This document shows positions 8,701-16,966 of a DNA stretch of 42,140 bases, one piece after another (position 1 is the first letter of the stretch; every line of letters starts with the position of its first letter). A program made the translations under genes and the position numbers. The notes below the pieces were generated by a model. The model made no database searches and had not been told where the DNA came from. It worked only from the letters and a program-made list of their open reading frames with translations. The stretch is from a virus (lineage: Duplodnaviria; Caudoviricetes), in the IMG/VR virus record IMGVR_UViG_3300032320_000178, positions 1-42,140 of that record; one strand, 5' to 3'.

Positions 8701-11700
8701 ACTCATGTTGGTTGGCATTAGCTCATACTGTCCACCCTGTACAGCTGGAACTTGCGCAGGAGCCTGATCAAGCCTTGCTTCGACTTGTTGAGCTGCTGCT
8801 TGTTCTTCAGCCCTACGCAAACGACGCTCAACGTTGCCACGAATGCCACGGACATCAATCAAGAAATTTTCAAGTCCATCTGCCACTTCAGCATGAAAGT
8901 CAGACCCCTGGGCATACAGGCTAGCAATTCGATCTTCAAGGGCACGTTCAAAACGCTCAAGGCGAGTAACCGGCTCAGACAAAAAGTCTTGCTGATTGCT
9001 CAGTTGTTGTTCAAAAAACCCATTGGTAATTGTTCTCATGCGTGTTTCAACGCGCTCAGGGCTGTCAAGATTTGAATTTGCCAAAGCGTCTTGAGTAGCA
9101 TTTTCAAGGGCAGATGCAAAGGCGTCAATTAAGTTTTGATGGTCGGGTTCTCTAAGCTGCTCAACTGGCGCTTCATTTTGTACAGCGACCTCAGTTGGCA
9201 CGGTTGGAGCCTCTGTTTCAGAGATCCGCTTTAAGTCCTCTGCCGTTAAAAAGCGGGGAAGATTAGGCAGGCCTGCTAGAACCCGTTGGCTATCTACCGA
9301 CAACTTAGCCGCACGAGCAGCTTGCTGAAAGGCCCTAGCATCTTGCGTATCGTATATGCCAGTATGGTCTCTTAAGTTTGAACCCGCACTTTTAATTTCA
9401 GAAGCTCGCCTGTTTAAATAATTTCTAATCGCAGGGACAAAGTTTGCATCAATAGCACCATTAGATACTCCAGAAGCATAACCAATTGTAAAACCCTCAT
9501 CGCTGAACTTGTCAAATTGAAGCGTTCCTTTTGGCAAACCTGTCTCTGGATCAACAATGTGGACTAGCTCATTTCCATGTCTAAGAGCATCAACATAAGC
9601 AGAGCTCCTGCTTGGAGAAACGCCATCTGACCTTTGTCCTGTAAGAGGGTCAATGATCGGCAAATACTGTATTCTTTTGCGGCCGGTAAATGGGTGGAAT
9701 TCATCTTTGCCAATGGTGGCACCTTCGCCCACGCAATGATCAAGAACAGCAGTTGCAGCGCTAGCATCGGCCAGGGCAACATCTTTTGGAGTGTCTTTGG
9801 TCGACTCGATAAAAGCAGCGTTACCAATCCGCTTGACATTAGGGTCCGAGTCAAGCCTTTGCTTTAATTTATTTTGAACCTGAAAGACGTACTGCTCTGT
9901 CTTGTCTTGTTCAAATTGTTTTTGAAGTTCTCTTTCTACATGCTTTTGGCGCATGTACTTTTCAATAGACAGGTTCTTTGTGTCACCAAGATTGCCTTGT
10001 AGAATGTCTTCTTGAAGCGACTTTGCCAAATCACCAAAGCCCAAGTCTCGAAGGACACGGTCGACAGCCACGTAGTGAGTTTCTTCAGGCCTGGCTTTTG
10101 TAACACTTGGAAAGAACGGATACTCCTTTTCAGGAATGCTGCTCTTCATCTCTCCCGTACTCTTGGTTTGAACTGCGGAGTCAGTGATGTCCTCCATTGC
10201 AATGGCTAACTTGAGGTTGTCAATCTCTTGTTTATTTTTTTCTGCCTCAGTCCGTTTTTTACGAATCTTCTTGTTGAGATCTGCATAACCTTTAATTTGC
10301 TCTGGAAGCACGCCTTGCTCTGTGGCCTGTTGTCTTAGGGGCTGAAGCTGCGTATCAAGTTCTTCAATCTCTCTTGCCAGCTGGTCTCTTTTGTACAGGG
10401 CAGCTGTTCTATCGTCGTAATACGTTCCCATGGCAGGATAGCCAGCAGCGGTTCTAATCCGAGCCAGACTTGGGCGATCCGCAAATGGCTCTAGGTATTC
10501 AACATCTTCTTGAGTTCCAGGGACAATACCTTCCCTTGCCAAAGCAACCGTCTTGCTCTTTTCTGCTCCAATATCAGAAGCCAAGAAATTGCTCAATGGA
10601 CCTTTTAAAATCCGCTCGGCTTCCTTATAACGATCCGTAAACTCAGAGAAAGATGGGAGCGTAATTTGCTCTTTAATTTTTTGACCGGCAGGAGTCTGTA
10701 AGAATTCTTCAGTGTTGTCCGTGTACAAAACTTGCTTGCCTGCTGGCGTTTTTAAAAACTCAGCCAGCTTTGTTTTGCCGCCTGCCGCAATCTCAGCACC
10801 TTCAGGAGTCTGAACAAAAAGATCGATGTTAAATTGCTGAATGGCTTTTTTGCCAGGGGCTGAATCTAAAAACTTCTTAACTGCGTACTCTTGTTTGACT
10901 GGCAAACTTTCTGGAGATGCCATAAACTCTTCAAGCATCTCTGATTTTTTCTTGGCCTTGGCTTCAGAGGTTTGAAATTCGGTGTCGAACATTTGTTGAG
11001 CAACGACTGGAGATGACGCATCTGGGTACATCTCTCTTACTTTTTTAGCCTCAAAATTATTAAAGGCAGATCTAACCAAGGCTGTTGCTGCTTTACCGGG
11101 ATCTAAGAATCTTTTTCCGTATTCAGCGGCGAGCGTTGCCACTGGCATTGCAGACACGGGAATGTTTTCGCCATCAACGTCAACTATGTCATTGATAGAA
11201 CCGTACGCAGGCCTGTAATTGCCGGCAGTAGCTGGAACGGTTGGCCGGGTGATCTTAGTTCCGCCTGGCCTCATAGCGTAAAGATTGGTCTCAGGAGTCA
11301 AGGCCTGAGGAACGCCTGGAATAGTTGAAAGGCCTGCAGACTTTCGGCGTTCAAGAGTGTCAGCAAGAGAATCGGCAGCAGCTTGCGCCTTGACGCCAAT
11401 GGTGTCTTCACCATACAAGTTCTGGCGCTTTAAGCCTGATTGAGCAGCTTGGAAGTCTTGAGGAGTCTCACGAATTTCTTTGGCAAGTTGCTTGACTTGA
11501 CCGGCTCCTACCCGAACGTCATCAGGAGTCAACATTGGGCGACGAGGACCAGTTGGAGTCATTGGCCAAGCAGCAGGTACCTTAAGGGTATCCATGAGCT
11601 TAGTGATGCCTTCTTGAAAATTTCGACCAGCTTCTGTCTGGGGCGCGATTGCTTCTCCATACTTCCGCATCAGGTCTTCTGCTGAAGGAGTCTTGATCTC

Positions 11701-12024
11701 TTCTTCGCCACGTGAACGGCGCAGCATATTGCCTGGCAAGGCATTTAAGGCCTGGACCCCGGCGCTGATAGGGGCAACAATTGGCAATGCCGAGCCGCCA
11801 ACAAGGGTCTTGCCCATGTCCTGAAATGACTTTGCCATCATTAAAGGGTTAGCTTGGGTAAGGGCTAAGACAGCCTTGTCTCTCAAGCTTTTAGGTTCGT
11901 CAGACTTAGAGGAAGAAACCTGGCCCGGGATCTGGGAGGCATAGTCAGGTTTTGTGTACTTTGCCTCTAAGGCACCAAGATCCTCATTAGATCCGTAAAA
12001 GTTGCCTTGTTCGTCGTAGGGCAT
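5713..12024 (-). CDS. Giant (2103 aa) internal virion / ejection-type polyvalent protein
   Basis: Last and largest gene of the structural module; PcfJ-like HCVG segment, IEEIQSD motif, C-terminal YAKGG and YRYGG. Confidence 0.7.
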   Translation of the reverse strand: MPYDEQGNFYGSNEDLGALEAKYTKPDYASQIPGQVSSSKSDEPKSLRDKAVLALTQANPLMMAKSFQDMGKTLVGGSALPIVAPISAGVQALNALPGNMLRRSRGEEEIKTPSAEDLMRKYGEAIAPQTEAGRNFQEGITKLMDTLKVPAAWPMTPTGPRRPMLTPDDVRVGAGQVKQLAKEIRETPQDFQAAQSGLKRQNLYGEDTIGVKAQAAADSLADTLERRKSAGLSTIPGVPQALTPETNLYAMRPGGTKITRPTVPATAGNYRPAYGSINDIVDVDGENIPVSAMPVATLAAEYGKRFLDPGKAATALVRSAFNNFEAKKVREMYPDASSPVVAQQMFDTEFQTSEAKAKKKSEMLEEFMASPESLPVKQEYAVKKFLDSAPGKKAIQQFNIDLFVQTPEGAEIAAGGKTKLAEFLKTPAGKQVLYTDNTEEFLQTPAGQKIKEQITLPSFSEFTDRYKEAERILKGPLSNFLASDIGAEKSKTVALAREGIVPGTQEDVEYLEPFADRPSLARIRTAAGYPAMGTYYDDRTAALYKRDQLAREIEELDTQLQPLRQQATEQGVLPEQIKGYADLNKKIRKKRTEAEKNKQEIDNLKLAIAMEDITDSAVQTKSTGEMKSSIPEKEYPFFPSVTKARPEETHYVAVDRVLRDLGFGDLAKSLQEDILQGNLGDTKNLSIEKYMRQKHVERELQKQFEQDKTEQYVFQVQNKLKQRLDSDPNVKRIGNAAFIESTKDTPKDVALADASAATAVLDHCVGEGATIGKDEFHPFTGRKRIQYLPIIDPLTGQRSDGVSPSRSSAYVDALRHGNELVHIVDPETGLPKGTLQFDKFSDEGFTIGYASGVSNGAIDANFVPAIRNYLNRRASEIKSAGSNLRDHTGIYDTQDARAFQQAARAAKLSVDSQRVLAGLPNLPRFLTAEDLKRISETEAPTVPTEVAVQNEAPVEQLREPDHQNLIDAFASALENATQDALANSNLDSPERVETRMRTITNGFFEQQLSNQQDFLSEPVTRLERFERALEDRIASLYAQGSDFHAEVADGLENFLIDVRGIRGNVERRLRRAEEQAAAQQVEARLDQAPAQVPAVQGGQYELMPTNMSADDLLFAYGDRMDRQQQQWLERFIENWDAGGDFDMMTRQYDDWLANNMLQPDPAAFNFDRDAFNFEPDPTAVANRPAQPGQAYDPRDLSIARQLIEIEREPDGSIRQAGIDSTAYALQTGQLDHPLINHIPPGPERAARLEPVLRAFNEEVANERQRAGGDQPLAARDQELLDTFNGLVDDAIEEGSFPGGLADIDLAELVREDEIAGLDDLSQADRNRLIELLTQQQPPVPAGRDPYVMAAQYDVPPGMIRNILTEADGPVERLFELLNDALTPAGRFETLPEESRLGAVQLIRDLLAERGRQAAPQLPTPQVANAAPVPRDVQAMAPIDLLGGMSSANQVQATRISRMYFDDNTFNSENPIEGIANILRTYDLGIHQGADVRVRELAARELERLYTEARQDAESVASSLDEVFYGDQEGPEQSLELVRRDLNSLRMLGETVWEDILGPMAEDILWSPTTNALLIENLENIRDEYRRQIDEGDGEGGLPADTPPRRGPFQPGGASAVRGVPLGNLNIQPAIRADALRGPDTQPISNFLQQVKGLPGVTQEGLATGLMAFKNMDPTTRMTKAQFVRELLPSSYDIVDLKNAATDNQHLREIIEEDLIDDQSSVGYLLGLTDEQVDMWSDALAEHGTDFDLYPAKLKRALAKKGIKDSDQYNKAYDEAYEAAIQQGIDDYRNYNMEGENEDGYMYASTQRLVETNMGDQYGEFGVVHPDQRGSYTHYDEAPEGTMGHFRGTYNPADPMELSTFGTTLPPERIKQLDKEFKKAFGSDLLTDNNRVRNLKKLISKPDFTPGDAHYLDYYIRKNLDEDFEWTSDEIVDKMQKIARDKVKESSVETKPGSYVIEEIQSDAQKGTQQKGHLHQVHGILFKAAVQKGLELGADTIYLPTGEVIAKARNEKTANFAPIYDQAIVKEGLKPLLKIPGVTSKMFNGYHEISFTPEAKEYILNGPGQTIPGYAKGGLVKKPTMALVVTRKNPELAEMTYRYGGMVR

Positions 12025-12027
12025 GGC

Positions 12028-15000
12028 TTATTCCTCTATGCTATATTTTTCCAACAATCTTTGCAGTTTGGCGTCATCGTCCTCTTCGGGAAGATCTTCG
12101 TCCTCAGGGGCCTCTTTAGGAGTTGTTGGAGCCGCTGCCCCAACTGTACCTGACATGATCTTGAGGTTTCTAGCAGAAGCGGCTTTGTCTTTAACAAACC
12201 TGGCACTGCTGGCCCCTAGACGATTCAAGGTGTCTTGCATCTCTTGCGGCGTACCTGACTTGAGCATCGTAGCAATTTCGCTGGCAGTTTTCTCATCTAA
12301 AGTGGTACGAGCCTGCAAGTATTTCAAGACGCGTCCGATCACAGAACCAGGGGATCCTGCCGCAATGTCAACAGCTTCTCCGGCAATGTCAAAGATGCCG
12401 TTGCCTGACTTTAAGTCTTTCAAGGCTTCTGTCTTGTTAGCCGTACGGCTGCCGCGGACAATGTCTTGGGCGTTACGAAACAACTCTGACTCGCGCTGCA
12501 AGGCGGCTTCAAACACCTTGTACTCGTTGGGATCTTGGAACAAGGCTTCCAGGCGCTTACGAGTTGCTGGTGCCCCAATGATTCGTTGAGCTGCGTTAAC
12601 TTGTTGAGGAGCGTCCATGACCTTGGTCAAGAGGGACTGGGCAACACCAGCACGCAGGGCGTCACGTTCCGCATCAGACATGCCGTCAACCAGCTTCTTG
12701 GCTTCAGCTGGCAGCATCTTAGGCGACAGGTAGTCTGTGCGGCCCAAACGGAGCGCGTCCAAGACTTCCATATCACCTGCGTATTTGGCGCGTGCAGCAG
12801 CGTACTCCGGCACGTTCTCGTCAATCACGTTGATGTAGGCCTTGCGAAGATCCTTGAGGGCATTGGCTTCTGCCTTACCCATGCCTTCGCCTTTGTAGCC
12901 CTTGTCAATCAGGGCATCAATGCCTCGCTTGATGTAGTCAAGGGTTCTAACGTCGGGGATCTTGCCAACGCTCAACAAGTTGCCGTCTTTGTCAAGTTCG
13001 TAGATGTCGTTCAGCATGAAGCGGCTTGGATCTTCGCCGCGGAGTTCTGCTGCACGAGCCTCCTTGCTGGAGATGGCCTGGGCTTCCTTGAAAGCTTTCT
13101 TGAAGGTGTCGTCTTCCAAGACCTTCAGGATACGGGTATCATCCACCGAGCCGTGGGCGTAGGCACGGTCGTACATGTTGTTGGCGTTAGATCTCAGGGT
13201 GCCAACCAGCTTGTCTTCTTGAGCCGTGTAGTCAACACCTTTACCAATGTCTTTCAGGGCTCTGGCAGCCGCTGCTTCGCGGCCACCTTCCAAGCGGTCA
13301 TTTAAGCCTTGACCAAGGATCTTGCGGCCTGATCCTGGGCGAGTCACTACGGCTTCACCGAGCGTAGACAAAGATGGTGTCGCATCCATGATGGTAGACT
13401 TGACGCCAAGATTGATGTCCTTGTTCAATCGGTCTACAAGCTTGCCGGTGTCCATCTCGTCTCGGCTCATTGCTTCCAATACCTTATTGGTTGCGCGTTG
13501 CTCTACGGCATTCGGGGATGGTCGGATCGCGTTCTTAACAGCCTTGACCCCTTGACCTCCAAGCTGAATGCCTTTAGCGACTGTAGGACCAAGGACTGCG
13601 CCTGTTGCGCCACCTTCCAAGGCTCCCATGCCGCGTTCGCCTTCAACTGCAGAACCGGCTCCTGCAACGGCGCCAGTTGCCGCGGCACTTCCTGCGGCCT
13701 TACCCATAGAGCCAGTCATAAACTTGGGCATGTACTGGGAAAGCTTGCTTGCCGCCATTCCCATGCGGCCAGCTCCCATGACGGCGCCAGGTGTTCCGGC
13801 TCCTGGGATCATGGCCATGCCAACGGTTGGGATTGCTCCAGAAACTAGTTCGGTGCCAAGGGCAACAAATGGATTCTTTTCCTGGAAGCGCTGGTAAGCC
13901 TCGCGTTCTTCCTTGACCACGTCTTCGTAAGGGCGACCTTCCATCTTGGCGCGAACACGAGCAATTGCCTCGTCACCAAAGCCAAGGCCGAGGCCTTGAC
14001 CAACAGCGCGTCCGATGTTAGCCATCGACATTTCACCGCCGTTTGCCATCTCAACCACGCCGCCATCAGCATATCCGACCAAGCCGCCATTTGCTTTTTC
14101 TTCTGGCGTGATCTTGCCGTAAGCACCCTTGCGGATGTTATCCATCTTGGTCTTATTGGCTCTTAGACGGCGGGCTGCTGCCTTGATAGCTTGATCGTAC
14201 AGTTTTTGACGCTCCTCGTCTCCCATGTTGATGGAGCCTTGAAGCTTGTTCAAAATTCTCTGCTCGGCATCGGAAGGAGCTCCGCCAAAGATGGCCTTTA
14301 ACTGGTCTAAAGCATTTTGACCAACCAGGCTCTCGAGCTCGGTGGTCGCGGTCACGCCCTCAGACTTGCCGACTCCAGGAATATTACGCGCAACAGTTCT
14401 CCGCTCCCCAGCAGCAAAACCAGAATACGCCTTGGGGCTCAACTCTTTGGCCTTGGTCAAGTTCAGGATCACCGACTTTGCACTGTTTATGACATCTTCA
14501 GCCTCAAACAATTCCTTTTGCTCTTGGGCACCCAGGTTCAGGCCCTTGCCTTCACCTGTCAAGGCTTTGACGCGAGCCTGATATTCAGGAGTTCCTGGAG
14601 TCAAGCCTTCATCCTTAGCAATCTTGCCAGGTGTTGATTGCGGCTTGTCACTATCCCGCTCGGCCTTGGCTTCTGCAGGGATGTAGTTGAGCTTGTTTAA
14701 GCGCTGCTTGTAGACAGCCTTGCTAGAAGCAGACACGCTAGGATCGTTGATCTTCTCAAGCAGCTGATCGATCTCATTGGTCTTGACTGCCGATGGACGG
14801 GTTGTCAGGTAAGTGATTCGAGCTTGGGCGTTGTTCTTGGCTTTCTGATTGGCTTTAGGGTCATCAATGATCTCCTGCATCTTTTCGATTTCTGTCAGGC
14901 GATCCTTAGGAGTTGAACGAGCCAAAGCTGTAAGGGCGCTAATCTGCGCCTTTTGTCCTTCGCCCGTAACGTCAGAAGCGGCCAGCTGATACTTGAGGTT

Positions 15001-15387
15001 AAGGTCTTCTAGTTCTTGCGTGGCTTTACGACGCTGAGAAAGAGCCTCGCCAGTCGTTTCGGCAACGTTACCAAGAGTCTCACCAAAGCTACCAGTGCGA
15101 GTAGGCTTGCCGAGAGCGGCCGCCAGACGGAACGCCACTTCTGCCTGATCCGGACCAGCGGACCTAGCCATGATCCGCTCACGCGCCTGATCCAACAGGG
15201 CCTGTTTAGCAGTCGCCGATTTTTCAGTGTTTTCAAGATATTTTGTCAGTAAGGTTTGAAGTTGGCCGGTATAGGGATTGGCAGCTCCTCTTGACGAGGA
15301 AAAGCCAAAGGTCTGCGCCCCGCTGGTTTGGTCTTGTGAAACTGGCTCTAATGTGCCTGTTCCTTCGTCTTCATCAAGCAATGGCAT
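12028..15387 (-). CDS. Internal virion / DNA ejection protein (1119 aa)
   Basis: Helical Ala/Lys-rich N-half; AVGQGLGLGFGDE followed by Gly/Ala-rich membrane-like segments; position among the ejection genes. Confidence 0.7.
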   Translation of the reverse strand: MPLLDEDEGTGTLEPVSQDQTSGAQTFGFSSSRGAANPYTGQLQTLLTKYLENTEKSATAKQALLDQARERIMARSAGPDQAEVAFRLAAALGKPTRTGSFGETLGNVAETTGEALSQRRKATQELEDLNLKYQLAASDVTGEGQKAQISALTALARSTPKDRLTEIEKMQEIIDDPKANQKAKNNAQARITYLTTRPSAVKTNEIDQLLEKINDPSVSASSKAVYKQRLNKLNYIPAEAKAERDSDKPQSTPGKIAKDEGLTPGTPEYQARVKALTGEGKGLNLGAQEQKELFEAEDVINSAKSVILNLTKAKELSPKAYSGFAAGERRTVARNIPGVGKSEGVTATTELESLVGQNALDQLKAIFGGAPSDAEQRILNKLQGSINMGDEERQKLYDQAIKAAARRLRANKTKMDNIRKGAYGKITPEEKANGGLVGYADGGVVEMANGGEMSMANIGRAVGQGLGLGFGDEAIARVRAKMEGRPYEDVVKEEREAYQRFQEKNPFVALGTELVSGAIPTVGMAMIPGAGTPGAVMGAGRMGMAASKLSQYMPKFMTGSMGKAAGSAAATGAVAGAGSAVEGERGMGALEGGATGAVLGPTVAKGIQLGGQGVKAVKNAIRPSPNAVEQRATNKVLEAMSRDEMDTGKLVDRLNKDINLGVKSTIMDATPSLSTLGEAVVTRPGSGRKILGQGLNDRLEGGREAAAARALKDIGKGVDYTAQEDKLVGTLRSNANNMYDRAYAHGSVDDTRILKVLEDDTFKKAFKEAQAISSKEARAAELRGEDPSRFMLNDIYELDKDGNLLSVGKIPDVRTLDYIKRGIDALIDKGYKGEGMGKAEANALKDLRKAYINVIDENVPEYAAARAKYAGDMEVLDALRLGRTDYLSPKMLPAEAKKLVDGMSDAERDALRAGVAQSLLTKVMDAPQQVNAAQRIIGAPATRKRLEALFQDPNEYKVFEAALQRESELFRNAQDIVRGSRTANKTEALKDLKSGNGIFDIAGEAVDIAAGSPGSVIGRVLKYLQARTTLDEKTASEIATMLKSGTPQEMQDTLNRLGASSARFVKDKAASARNLKIMSGTVGAAAPTTPKEAPEDEDLPEEDDDAKLQRLLEKYSIEE

Positions 15388-15396
15388 GTTTTATCC

Positions 15397-16965
15397 TTAT
15401 GGTTTTCCACTAAATATCTTGCTGAGTCCGTATCCAGAAGCCAAGGCAGAACCAAACTGCGACAATGGCGATGGCTGATACACGCTGGCTGGTCCAGTAG
15501 AAGTTGAGGTTGTTGAAGTTGGCACAGTCATACCGCGTACTGCAGCATTCAAGAAGCCAATGTTGTTGCGGTCGTACTCTTTTTGGTTGAGGAAGTCTTG
15601 GTAAGCTTGATCGTATGAACGCTGTGTCTGTTGTTGCTGACCTGCTCCAGCGGCTTCCAAGGCTCCAATGTTCTGCATACCCATCTGCTGGGTTTGTTGA
15701 CCAAGGGCACCCATTGCTTGACCTGACTGCAACATGCGAGCAAAGTCCTGATTGGACAGTGCCCCCATTTGTTGAGCGGCCTGCAGGTTTTGAGTTCCTG
15801 CTGCTCCTGCCAAGTTGCCTTGCATCTGACCAAGAGCTCCCATAGCGGCTCCTGCTTGACCGTACCTTGCAAGATCTGCACCTTCCAAACCGGCTGCTGA
15901 TTGACCCATTGCAGCCTGTTGTTGACCGGCGGCCAAAAGTCTTTGTTGGTCTGCAGAAGCAAGACCCGCCATACTTTGACCGATCTGAGCCTGTTGACCT
16001 GAGGCTGCCAACATACGCTGATAGTCAGCCGCCGACATACCGGCTGCCTGCTGACCAAAACCAGCCTGCTGTTGAGCGGCTTGTAATTGACGAGCCCTAT
16101 CAGCTTGCAGCTGAGATCCAGCCTGCGTGTAGCCTGATTGCAGTGCGGCAGACTGTTGTGCCAGTGTGGATTCTTGGGTATCGCGCAAAGCACGTCCAAT
16201 AGCTTCACCGCTGCGGCTGCCGCCAAACGTGCCAGCACGAATTGCCTGGTCTTGAATATTAGGAAGCAGATTCTCTCTAAGGTTACGGGCTCCAAGTTCA
16301 CCAATACGGTTGACCACTTGGTCTTGGTATGGGTTCATGTAGTCTTGAATGCCGCCCAAACCAGTCTGGGCACCCTGGCCAGAAAGTTGAGAAGCTTGCT
16401 GCATATAGGGGTTTGCCAGCGCCGCAGTGTTTGCTCCGCCTGCAACTGCAGTTCCCATGGCCGCTTGATTCAAGTACGGTTGAGCCAAGGCAGCAGTTCC
16501 CTGAGCCCCTTGCTGCGTGTACTGATTAGCCTGATTGAAGTACGGTTGGGCCAAGGCGCTTGCGTCGCCATAGCTTTGACCTATTAAACTGCCAGCTTGC
16601 CCAATGGCTCCAGCAGCCGCTGTAGCAGGGTTGTACTGAAGCGCCTGGTTGATGTACGGTTGCGCTGCGCCAACAGAGCTACCGGCCCCTGCGTTGTAGA
16701 TTGCAGCCTTTGACTGATCCATCATCGGCTGGTAAGTGCCCGCCAACTGGCTCGTCTTGTTGTACGCCTCCGTTTGAAGCGGGTCATAAGCAGCAATCCT
16801 AGGCTGACTATACGGCTGATAAGGCTCGGCAGCAATAGCGTTAGCCTTGCTGATCAAGCCCTGTGTATAGTCAGAATACCACTTAGGAACGTTAGAGGTT
16901 GTCTCGCCATACGTCTGTACAGACGGTGGTGGATTTCCCTGGAACAGAAAGTCCAAAACTCCCAT
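15397..16965 (-). CDS. Internal virion / DNA pilot-type ejection protein (522 aa, Q/A/G-rich)
   Basis: YMNPYQDQV and GTFGGSR motifs, Q/A/G repeats, C-terminal Gly-rich hydrophobic helix; starts MGVLDFLF. Confidence 0.7.
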   Translation of the reverse strand: MGVLDFLFQGNPPPSVQTYGETTSNVPKWYSDYTQGLISKANAIAAEPYQPYSQPRIAAYDPLQTEAYNKTSQLAGTYQPMMDQSKAAIYNAGAGSSVGAAQPYINQALQYNPATAAAGAIGQAGSLIGQSYGDASALAQPYFNQANQYTQQGAQGTAALAQPYLNQAAMGTAVAGGANTAALANPYMQQASQLSGQGAQTGLGGIQDYMNPYQDQVVNRIGELGARNLRENLLPNIQDQAIRAGTFGGSRSGEAIGRALRDTQESTLAQQSAALQSGYTQAGSQLQADRARQLQAAQQQAGFGQQAAGMSAADYQRMLAASGQQAQIGQSMAGLASADQQRLLAAGQQQAAMGQSAAGLEGADLARYGQAGAAMGALGQMQGNLAGAAGTQNLQAAQQMGALSNQDFARMLQSGQAMGALGQQTQQMGMQNIGALEAAGAGQQQQTQRSYDQAYQDFLNQKEYDRNNIGFLNAAVRGMTVPTSTTSTSTGPASVYQPSPLSQFGSALASGYGLSKIFSGKP

Positions 16966-16966
16966 A

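Noticed and set aside
15549-16304. 251 aa alternative-frame minus-strand ORF
   Set aside because: Lies wholly within the Q/A/G-rich gene, whose composition makes off-frame stops scarce.
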